From the NCBI GenBank assembly GCA_001179505.1, contig CDMY01000367.1, positions 35,107 through 99,106 on the forward strand: 64,000 nucleotides of DNA. The letters run 5' to 3'. Of this stretch, positions 22,962 through 33,914 are shown piece after piece (positions within the stretch are counted from its first letter, which is position 1; each line of letters begins with the position of its first letter). The notes beneath the pieces are model-generated. The model made no database searches. It was not told the DNA's origin and saw only the letters and a list, made by a program, of their open reading frames with translations. Made by a program: the position numbers and the translations under genes. Origin of the DNA: Vitrella brassicaformis CCMP3155. Its lineage: Eukaryota > Protista > Chromerida.

Positions 22962-25900
22962 TCACCACAGAAACAAAGATAGATAGACAGGGTGCGATGT
23001 GCATATGGACACCGAGCTACTGCTGCACAGTACAGTACATGAAGTTGCTGGCTGTGTGTCATTCGTCCTGCCGGCTAATGCCCGGCGGATGAACGACTTC
23101 ACCAAGGCCATATCAGATATGCCCATGAAGATGGCCTCCCTCGCCGCATCGATCAGTGCCGCCTCCAGTCTCCCCTTATCAGACCCATCGCTGTCTTGGG
23201 GCGGCTCCACCAGCAGTGACATGCTCATGCCTGATATCCCATACTGCACACACACGAATGGAATCCATGTGCCGCATTCTGTGTGCTGTGTGTTGTGTGT
23301 TGACTGACCTCTTTGATTTTGTCGATGACGTGCTGCAGTTTGCCGCCGTGCCGCTGCCTCTTGTCCTCGGCCATCATGCCCATCTCACGCTCAATGGCCG
23401 ACACCAGACGACCTGCGTCCCACGACTGGCCGGCAGCCAGGCCTTCTCCGTCCCCCCTCACACCATCCCCAGGTGGCCACTGGACGGCCCCCCGCCGCTT
23501 GAGTGACTGCAGGAAGCGCCGCAGCTGCGCTATGATGACGAGTGCGATGCCCTTGTGGAGGCCGAGGTCGCGGCCGATGTCCTCACACGCCGCCACACTG
23601 TCGATGTCATCCAAGATGTCCAACAAACTCACCGCCAAACCGATCTCCGTCTGACCCGACATGACAACACACCGACATGACAACACACACATTCATCCCG
23701 ACTTCACTCATGTGTGTTGCTCGTTGCTGACCATGATTCTGTCGGCTACGCGTTGCATGTCGGGTGACGGGTTGGCCTTGAGCAGCTCCACCAGCTGACC
23801 ATTCGTCAGCTCATCGAACGGAATCATCTCGCCCTCCCTCTCGCCATCCCCGTCGCCACGTCCACCGTCCCGCCCTTCGTGCGTCGGCCCATCCACCATG
23901 CGAAGGGCAGCGGCCGGATCTCGTGTGTGCGGGCCATTGGCTGGCGAGGGGGACTGCGTCTGCGGGACCACATCGGCCGCGTCTCGACTCATGGGCTGCG
24001 GACGGGGCGGTGGCCGCATCGTCAGGGCGATGTTGGGTGCCTCATCGCCAGCTGGAAGCTGCTCGTCGTCCGCCGCCTTGAGCTGCTTGGGCCTGGGTGG
24101 TGTGGCGTGCGCCTGACGGGGGTGCTGGCCGAGCTGTTTGATGAATCGGTTGGCGGCCTCCTTGACGCCCTCGCCGTCACGCTGCCCCACCATGGCCGGC
24201 AGCTTATGACGCACAAACGAGTCGACGGACGCAAAGCTCAGAGCTGGGACGGCCGCCAGCATCGCCCCAATGTTGTGACCCACTTGGCCGTACACGCGAC
24301 AGAGGACCATCCGCTGGGCGTGTGTCATGGGCTGCTGGTCCTCAGTGCCGTCGGTGTCCATCTCCCGCTGGCGGCATGCCCAAGCGGCATCGATGGCCGC
24401 CCCCATGGCCTCCCTGGTGGCCGCTGAGAGGGGCACCGACTGCACTGGGGTGCCGGGCAGGACCACCTCGACGGCCAGCTGTGTCAGCGCAGACCCACTC
24501 CTGAACCGCAGACAGAGGGGCATGTCGGGATGGGCTCGGCCGAGTGCCTCCAGCTGCTGGTAGAAGTGACGAATCAGGTCCCCCTGCTGGACCGGCGTCA
24601 CACGAGGGCCGCAACCGGCCGTGCGATTCGTCGGCGGTTCAGGCGGAGCGTCTTGCTGTAGCCGACTGGGAGTCTTGCTCTTGAGGATAGGATTGCGGTC
24701 GAGTCTTCCGTCTCTGCGGCGCCGTGGCTTGGTGTCACGGCGAGCAGTAGGGTCCAGAGGCACACCGGCTCTCACACCAGCCTGACGGAGCTGAGGCGCC
24801 TGTCGCTGTTTGCCAGGCAGAGGATCGTCGCCATCGTCGGCACTTCTTGCATCAGCCGGGTCGCCATCCAGCACCGCCGCACGCTCGGACGTGTGGGACT
24901 GCCTCTTCAAGATGGCCCGTAGGTGGCTGATGGCGGCGCCTTTGGCCTCTTCGTAGCCCAGCTGCTTGACGGAGAAGCTTTTGGTCTTCTCCTGACCGCT
25001 CGCCTTCCAGCGGGCTTCCCATGTGTTGTGTGTCTTGTCGAACCTCACGCGCTTGACGCCGCTCTGGTGCTCAGATCTCCGCTTCATTGCCGCCCGACCG
25101 GTGCGGTCCATCTCGAGACGATGCTCCTCGGCCAACGCCTGACGCACACGTGAGAAGAATAGAGGGTGAGATGGAGGCAGGGTGCTGCGATGCGATGTCG
25201 GTACCTTTGCTTTGTCGAATCCGTGGTGCTTGACATAGAAGGTCTTGCGCTTCTCCTTGCCGCTGCTCTTCTCGTACCACTGCGCTATCCACGCCTGGTC
25301 CCTCGCAGACCACGAGACGCCCGACACGTGCGACTGGTGTTCGGCAGCCTTTCGTGTGACGGCCTCGCCCTTATCCCTGGCTGTCGTGTTGGTCTGTGGC
25401 CTCGGCTGCCTCTCGATGGATGGTTTGCTGCTGCTGGCGAGAGCCGTATCTCTGCGGCGTTGCTTTCGAGAGGGGCTGTGGTCGGATGACTCGTCATGCA
25501 GCGAAGCCTCTGGCCCCACCGCACCCCCCCCCCCTGCTGCTGCCGGTCGAGCCATGAGAGGTCGATGACGCTCGCATGATCGCCGAGTTGGTCACGGTGG
25601 ATGGTGTTGCGGTACGCCACACACAGGCGAAGAGCCTCGAGGATGCTGTCACGGGAGTTGGGGTCGTCGATGACGAACTTGCGGAAGCCAAGGTACTTGC
25701 CCTGTTTGTAGAAGTAGGCACCGAAACGTCTCGGTGAAGCCATACAGACGCCCACCCTGACGGGACGCCAAAGATAGGATGCGAAGATATGTCGCTCCCC
25801 CTTGTCGTGTGTGTTGCTCACCCTCCATCGGCGGGCGGACAGGCGTCGTTGAACCGTCGTACCAGTCGGTCCACCAGGGCCGTGGCAAGGAAAGCCCCAG

Positions 25901-28900
25901 TCAGCCCATCCAGGTTGGGGTCGTCGCGGACTCTCTTGCGGCCGACGGCGTTCCGCTTGCCGGCGTGACGACATGCCGGGCCATCCCCCTCCTGAGCTCT
26001 CCCGCGACGCATGAGAGGGTCCGCCCTCTGTGCCCTTTTGCTGTGCCTGCATTCCGGGCAGAACCACTGGCCCTCCGGAACAGCCGTGAGGTTGATGCAG
26101 TAGGTGTGGTAGGCGGCAGAGCAACGCCGGTTGTCACACAGGAGGAGAAACTTCTCGTTGTCGCCCTTGCCGCACTTCCAGCACCGCACTGACTCATCCG
26201 AGCCACTCCTCGCCTCATCCATCTCGCCGCTCTGCGCCTTTGCCGCCTCACCGCCGCCCACGCCACTCAGGTCATTCCCCTCGAGCGGCTGTTTGTGGCA
26301 GTGACTGCTCCGTTTGGGGAGGGGGTGGGGCGGTGGGCGCGGGCGGCGGCTGTCATGGGACTCGCTCTCACGTCCGTCACCACAGAACGACGATGAAGAG
26401 CCCCGCCGCTCTGAGTCTGAGGATGAGGCCATGGCGGCGTCGCGGCTGGGCGGACTGGGTAGTGGCGTGCGGCTGCGATGTCCGACGGCAGGGTGGACGT
26501 CGCCATGAGAGGCTGCCGTTACCCCTGCATTGGCCCGTCGGTATGCTATGGCCGCACTCATCGCATCCTCGTAGCCGAGCTGCTTGACGGAGAAGGACTT
26601 GAAGTTCTTCTTGCCGCCGGTCCGCCAGTCGTCGGTCCACGCATTGCTTCTTTTGTGGTAGTAGACGCCCTTGACGCCGCTCTGGTGCTCAGATCGTTTC
26701 CTGACGGTCGCTCGTCCGATGCTCTCCATGTGCCTCCTGTCGATACTGGGGCTCGTGACGTCTGCCACATCACCACTGTGGCGCTCCACCGACGGGCCGT
26801 CGGTTGCCCTATTGCCGACGAGGCGGGTGAACAGGGGAAGGCTCTCGTCGTCGAATGACTCATCGCGATGGCCGTCGTATGGAGAATGACCCCTGGCAAC
26901 TCCCTTGCTTGGACGCTTCGAGACCGATATGCCGACGCTGCTGTCGCGCATGTGGGTATCGGAGCCCTGTGCTGTGTGGCGCGACGACTGAGGGCGACAG
27001 GCAGAGTGGACGGAGTGGACGCTTCCCTCAGATGTGTAGTGCCGCTGCAACATGGCACATCTGTGGTTGATAGCGGCATTCTTGGCGCCCTCATAGCCCA
27101 ACTCAGCCACTGAGAAGGACTTGCGCTGCTTCCTGCCGCCCACATGCCAACAGGCGATCCACAGGTTGGTCGCCTTGGCGTAGTGGACGCCTCGCACGCC
27201 GCTCTGATGCTTCGATCTCTTTTGCAACGACGCCTGGCCGGTGCGCTCCATCTCGAGACGATGCCGCTCGGCCAACGCCTGAAAGAAACAAGCAGAGCAA
27301 GAGAGGTTCTGGCTTGGGTGTGCTTCCTTCTTGCTTGTTGCACCTTTGCTTTGTCGTAGCCATGCTCCTTGACGTAGAACCGCTTGCGCTCCCTCTTGCC
27401 GCTGCTCTTCTCGGACCACTGCGCTTGCCACGCCTGATGCTGTTCAGACCATGAGACGCCCCTCACGGCTGACTGATGCTCGGCAGGCTTGCGGGCGGCG
27501 GTCTTGCTCTTGCTGGCCCTTGGCCTCGATCGGCCGTCGGGTGAGGTAACGTCGCCATATCCATCCATCTCACTATGACTCGACTCATCACCATCGTCGC
27601 CACTGGCACGAGCACTCGCCCGGCTGCCGACTGCGTGGTTGTGCAGCTCCTGTGGCTGTAGGCTGACCCGCTGGACGTAGATGGTCGCTGCAGTGTCGCC
27701 GTGGTGGGCATGGCGGATGATGTTGAGGTGGTGGGCCGCTTGCGCAAACGACTGAAAGATGCGCCGTGAAGACGTCACGTCAGACACCCGAAAGACACGC
27801 TCGTCGTGCATGGCCTCTCCGTCTGGTCGATAGGCCGCAAAGCTGGCCTCCTCGGCGCGCCACTCGAGACCAAAGCTGCATGGCACACACATCAACGAAA
27901 GGTCAATGGGTAGCCCATTCCACCAACCAGAGTGCATGCCTTGCGCCCACCTGGCGGTACCTTCCTGGTTTACGTCCACGAGCTGCCGCCTTGCCTGCTC
28001 CACCAGGCTGGCCGCCAGCGCATGGCCGCCCGCCTCACTCAGCTTCGCCGACAAACACCGCTCCTTCCCACCGCCCGACTCGTCGCGATGGCGCTTGGCC
28101 GCTGGTCGGTCGATGAGCATCTCGCTCTCAGAGCACGACGAGTCGGCTACTGGCCGCTCACTGACACGATGCGACGACCTGCCTCGGTGACGGCGCCGGG
28201 GCCGAATGTGGGGTGGCATGGGGACGTCGGTGCCCAGTGGACGGTCACTGGGACTCTGAGACACAGGCCGTAGCGGCATGGGTTTGCGCCTCGCTCTCCT
28301 GCTGCGGCGCATCTGAGGGCCAGCGGAGCCGTGGGAGCTGATGTCATCGAGCCAGCTGAGGTCCAGGGGGACGGCGGCCTCTCCCTCACTAGCCGTGCTC
28401 AGACGGTTGAGCTCCTCGACGGCTCGGCGAAAAGCGTCCATGACGGCCGAACGGGAGTCGAGGTCGACCACCGGCACATCGACAATGCGCTCAGTCGCAC
28501 CCTCCCCGACAGAGGACGGCACACGGACACGGAAGCTGCCCTTCTGCCAACACAACCCGCATGACCTGCCCGAAAGATCCGACCCCACACACACACCACA
28601 CACGTGACAAATCTGGCCCTTCCTGTCTTCCCTTGTCTTGTCTTACCCGTCGCTGCTGAGGACCTCAACGAGGGCAGCAGCCAGGTCGCCGCCCTCCATC
28701 CCACTTACACCTGGCCTGCTGCTGGGGGGGCCGTGGCGGGGCGCCGAGTGAATCGCATCATCATCTTTGGGGGGACTGCGGGAAAGGCTCTCATCTCTCG
28801 TCGCCCCTGCCTCTGAAGTATGGCGCCGCTGCTCCATCTCCCGTCTGTGTGCGATGGCCGCCTGTTTGGCCTCCTCGTAGCCCAGCTGCTTGACGGAGAA

Positions 28901-30665
28901 GTACTTGCTCTTCTTGCTGCGGCCCTCACGCCATTCGGCAGTCCAGTAGCCGCCGTACTTTTTGTCGTAGCTGACGCCCCGCACGCCGCTCTGGTGCTCC
29001 GACCGCTTTTTGACTACCGCCTGGCCGGTGCTCTCCATCTCGAGACGATGCTGCTCGGCCAACGCCTGGTGCACACGATACACACGAGGAGAGCTTGAGG
29101 ATGGCAGTTGGCGTCCCTGTTGTCAGTCAGTACCTTTGCTCTGTGGACGCCGTGCTCTTTGGCCGAGAAGTGCTTCCACTTGCGACCGCTCTTCTCGTAC
29201 CACCACACCTCCCAGACCTCATCCTTGGGACGCCAGCGGACGCCCCGCACATTCGACTGATACATGCCCTCGCTGGAGTTGGGCTGCTCATCCGCTGAGG
29301 GGCTCCTGCCGAGTGGATGTGTGAGGCGATGCTCCTGGGAAGGGCTGCGATCGACGGCCTCCTCGATGGCGGGGCCCGCCGGCTGCGCCACTTCCCCCAC
29401 CCTCGCAGTGGATCGTGGCTTGTGACCGTCACGAGGCTTCCTGCGTGCCTCCTTCTCGGCTGACACAACTATGAGAACAACACAGACAGCCACAGTCAGT
29501 GGATGGGCGCCGGTCGATTATTCGAGTGCGGCTCTTGTCGCATCCAACGTGCGTACTTTTGTCGTCGTGTGGTCCGTCGTGAGATGCATCAGCCGCCCCA
29601 CCAGCGACAGGGGGCGTGTGCGAGTGGTTGGCTGCATCGGCGGGCGGCGCTTCGTTGGCGCGGCCAGGGAAGCTGCTTTCCCCTGCACACACAACAGCAC
29701 GCACACAACGATCTGCATCATGCCCTCGAGTGTCTTCCTCCCTGCCCCGGTCTTACTTGCAGGTTTCCACTGTGTGACGATCCGCTCGACGCCATCAATG
29801 ACATCCGACACGCTCTCGAACCGATCGTCACTGTCTGCCGTGCCGTTGCGGACGGCCACCAGCAGGTCGCTCAGCATGCTCGTGTCCCAGCCCCTCACCA
29901 CATCGTCACGCTTCACAACCGCTCGCACCCACACCGGCGGCCGGTCGGTCCCTCCCCCCTCTCCCCATCATGCCGTCACCAAATACCGCTGGCCGTCGCC
30001 CTCGCCGGCCACACTGAAGTCCACACCTCATACTCAGCCGAGTACTTGCGGTGGCCGGGGATGCCCTTGTTGAGCAACACATCCGCCAAGGGGATCGGCC
30101 GGCGGCTTGACGTCCGCTCCCTGCTGTGGGAGGGCGCCGGAGGCCCCTCGCGCTCACGTGACCCGCCGACTGCTTTGCTCTTCGGATCGCGTGGCTCGTG
30201 ATGGTGATCGGCCGACGACATGTGCTGTTCTGCTGTGCTGGTGTTGCCATGCGGTGCCCCTGTGGGTGGGCCTGCGTGTGCTGGTGGCGGTGGGGGGGTC
30301 AGGCTGTGTCCCAGTGGGGAGGGGGAGGGGCTGGGTTGGGCGTCTGTCGTCTGCAAGGGTCGTCGGTCGCCCTGGACACTCGCTGTTCCACCACTCTGAC
30401 ACGGTCGACTTGCCGATGGATCAACAATGTCATGCGATTGGGAGCCGGTATCCGGCTGCTGTCCGAGGTCCCCTGACAGCAGATGAGAAGATACAGATCG
30501 ACAGCTGTCCTGGTGCACCTCTCCCGATACTGCGGCCGCGCCGGCAGCATGTGACGACGAGCCATGAGTCGCTGAGGCCGCCTGCGCGGCTGCCAGAGCC
30601 CGAGAGCCGTCCTCAGCCGCCGGTGGCGAGCCGCCGGCAGGAGCATGAGTAGGCTGACTGGCCAT
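22962..30665 (-). CDS. Multi-AP2 (ApiAP2-type) DNA-binding protein with 7 canonical AP2 domains, a PHD finger and two C-terminal SAM-like segments; the reading frame appears interrupted (possible pseudogene, split gene or assembly error)
   Basis: Seven (Y/H)QS.V.GV...W.A.W......K.F.VK.(H/L)G...A...A motifs (two end the first strand variant SGV/KRV) at ~29040-29260, 28835-29000, 27250-27480, 27050-27210, 26530-26690, 25110-25340 and 24910-25070. PHD CWKC...LLLCDNRRCSAAYHTYC...GQWFCPEC at 26049-26183. GT-AG introns link the long ORFs. Confidence 0.8.
26049..26183 (-). other. PHD finger (C4HC3) domain within the multi-AP2 gene
   Basis: CWKC-x9-LC-x4-C-x4-H-x2-C-x9-W-x-CPEC pattern, typical of PHD fingers. 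Confidence 0.92.
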
Positions 30666-31000
30666 CGTCAGTTTTGTTGCTGCCGCCGCTTCGGCTCGCT
30701 CATGGGCTGTCCGTTGTGGCTACCGAGCGCACAGATAGCGTGAGATAGTGCAGATCAGATGCCGTACCAGCAGCCACAAAAACGTGATGCAGCCCGGGAG
30801 CACAAACCATCAGATCTTTGCGGAGTTGTTGCTGATCTCCGGCGGCGGTCTGTGCCGGAAGGGGGAGGGGAGTTTCAATAAGCTCGCAAGATCGGATTGG
30901 GAGAGGAGTCTTTTGTTTTGTTTTGTTCGTTAGGAGAGGTCCCCTGAGCATGCGGAGGGCAGATGTTCGTGATTCGGCGAAATCGGAATGATATCGATTG

Positions 31001-31345
31001 ATGGGCAACAATGTGCCGAGGACGAGCAGCCAGCAGGACTGGCCTGCCATCCGCAACCAGAGCCTCGACGTCATTCATCGAGAGGGCAGGGATGAACTGC
31101 ACAAGATCAAGGCGGTCGGCAACCTCAGAATCAGCGCCCGGTTCCTCTCGCGCGTCGACTTCGAGCCGGCTGTCCTCCGCCGCCGCCTTCGCCGCGCCCT
31201 GCACGACACTCAACTCGCCGATGGGACGCCGCTGGATGCCGTGGTGACGTTTGACGTAGACAATCTCGAGAGCAAGCTGCTGCTGCAGGTGTGGGTGCCC
31301 TGCACACGTGGGATGGATGAATTGATGGATGGATACCCTGTGTAT

Positions 31346-31379
<34 letters not shown>

Positions 31380-32769
31380 GCGTGGTGGCTGGTGGAGGGC
31401 CAGCAGTGGGACGAGGCGGCCGACGCACTGCGGCTGGCCCACCAGCGCACCTACTGTGAGCTGCCGGTCATCGTCACACAGCAAGATTTAGAGAAACACC
31501 GTAGCAAACAGGTGGGTGGGCTGATGGGGAAGGGGACGGATGGCACTCATCTCTCTCTGTGTATGTGTGATGTGACGGATGTGCCACGTCAGGCGTATTT
31601 GGCTGAGCCGCGTGTGGTGGCCCAGTGGAAGATGGTCGGCCGCCACGTCAACTTCGGTGGCGAGCGGGGCGGATTTGAGCTGTTCGACCACGGCAATGGC
31701 GACCTGCGGGCCATCAAGGACGAGCCCGAGCACCGCCTCGATCTGACCCCCCTGCCCCCCGCCCACCCCTACCACCCACACACCAGCCCCCACGACCCGC
31801 CCGTCAGAAACCACATCGTCGACTGCTACGACGACGGCTGGTACACTGGTGCCTCTGTGATCACCGAGGCGTCATTTTCCTCGTTCCTGAGGGGCACCAT
31901 CCTGGTGCCCACCTATGCCGGCATGCATCTCACCGACAAAGACATAGACCGGTCGGCCAGTTGGGACGGCCCACGACGTTCCCTATCCTCATTGATGCTT
32001 CATTTGGTTGGCTCTGTGTGTCTGCCTGCAGTGATGCCCGTGGCGGCGTGTTGGCGGGTCTGCTCGACCAGTCGGTCCACCAGCCGGTCGAGGGCACCAC
32101 GGCCGCCATAGCATTTACCACTGTTAACGACTTGTCACACAAGGAGCTGCTGCTGACGCCGTTTGACCACTCATTCATCGCACTCATCGGCGTCGACGAC
32201 TTGGGGGGTGGACAGGGCAAGCCACAGACGACAGAGGGTCACTCAGACAGACAGCCCATTCATTCCGCTGTGTTGTGTGTCTGCAGTGTGTGTGAGGGTG
32301 ATGACGACCGAGCCGCCAGCAGCTGGTGTGTCTGCTGATGCGCCCTTCAAGCAGCGCTTCCCCCGCACCACCGCCATGGCGCGACCAGTGCTGGGCCCCA
32401 TCGCACCCATAGTGTTCGACGGTGAGGACCCCGATGAGGACGACAACGGCGATGGGCAGGACGACGGTGGCGACGGTAGCGATGAAGGTGGGTGGGTCTC
32501 TCGGCAGAAGGGGGGCTTGGTGGATGGTTAGGTCGGTCTCACTTGTGTGCTGTATTGTGTTGTGTGCAGATATGGGTGACGATGTCGGTGACGGGGAGCC
32601 CAACGGCAGCGATGAGGAAGGGGGTAAGACAGACAGCGCGACTCGGAGGGGAGGTGCATCCATCACGCGACGCCAGTGTGTGCATGTTGGTGTGTGGTGG
32701 GTGGATGTTTGTGCTGCAGGTGCGGCGGGTGACGACATTGTGGGAGGCGGGGAGGGCCATGCACAATAG
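31001..32769 (+). CDS. Hypothetical protein, copy 2 of the duplicated gene, with an extra acidic C-terminal tail
   Basis: Same exons as 20932-22344 (MGNNVPRTSS..., AWWLVE..., AYLAEPRVV..., ...FKQRFPRTTAMARPVL). Instead of stopping it continues GEDPDEDDNGDGQDD... over further small exons to 32769. Confidence 0.78.
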
Positions 32770-32973
32770 CGAGCAGTTCGATGGAGGTGCTTTCACACGG
32801 CCAAGTGCATGCCATTGATGAGTGGGCCTCTCTGTCTGTACTCACTGCTTTGGTCTCCCTTGTGTCAGGTGTTGGTGGAGAGGACGAGCAGGGTGGGTAG
32901 CTGAGCTGACTCATGCCGGGTGGCCGAATGGATGCACATGTGTAGCCGCAGACGTAGGGGGGGGGGGGGGGGG

Positions 32974-33273
32974 NNNNNNNNNNNNNNNNNNNNNNNNNNN
33001 NNNNNNNNNNNNNNNNNNNNNNNNNNNNNNNNNNNNNNNNNNNNNNNNNNNNNNNNNNNNNNNNNNNNNNNNNNNNNNNNNNNNNNNNNNNNNNNNNNNN
33101 NNNNNNNNNNNNNNNNNNNNNNNNNNNNNNNNNNNNNNNNNNNNNNNNNNNNNNNNNNNNNNNNNNNNNNNNNNNNNNNNNNNNNNNNNNNNNNNNNNNN
33201 NNNNNNNNNNNNNNNNNNNNNNNNNNNNNNNNNNNNNNNNNNNNNNNNNNNNNNNNNNNNNNNNNNNNNNNNN
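32974..33273. other. Assembly gap (300 N) flanked by poly-G
   Basis: N-run preceded by a G run at 32957-32973 and followed by G7. Confidence 1.
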
Positions 33274-33914
33274 GGGGGGGTAGCTAGCTAGCTATCGAGC
33301 GAGCGAGGCGGACACGTCCTTGCGTTGCGTGGTCGTCCAGGACTGGCTGCACACGTGCTGATGGACGATGCTTGGCGCTTGTGTCTGGTGCGTGTCGTGT
33401 GTACATATAATTCAACGGTGTCGTGTGTTGTGTGGCTGAGAGGGCTACAGAGGATGGGTGCTGCATGCACGCAAAGAACCCACCCACCCACCCACCCACT
33501 GCTGAAGCAGTGCGGTGCGGTGCAGTGCTCACAAGCCTCCAGGGCCGGGATGGAATGGGATGGTGCCTCCCTTCCCTTCCTTCAACCAGTCAGTCGGTGC
33601 ATATGCGCACGTACAGGCAAACGTGTGAGGTGAGGCACTGATTGATTCATTTGATACATACAGTGTCACGTCTCCATTCATTCATTCATCCATTCATTCA
33701 TCGATCATCTTGTGGGCCCATCCCTCTCTCCCTGCCAGCCGCCGCATGACGTACCACCACGAGCTAGATGACGTCCTGGTCATCAACAAGACGACATCCG
33801 TCTCAGCTGTTGGCCAGCCATGTGGTGCTGTCTGGCAAGAGAGCACTCAGAGAGCCACACACGAAAGAAATGACTAGTCAGTCCATCGCGTCCATGCTAT
33901 CGATATGTATTCCG

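Noticed and set aside
22962-30665. AP2 cluster as a mobile HNH-AP2 endonuclease or transposon
   Set aside because: No HNH, integrase or transposase motif, no terminal repeats seen, and it has spliceosomal introns.
32822-33291. ORFs with poly-Gly/X (also 39262-39929)
   Set aside because: Artefacts of the poly-G and N gaps.
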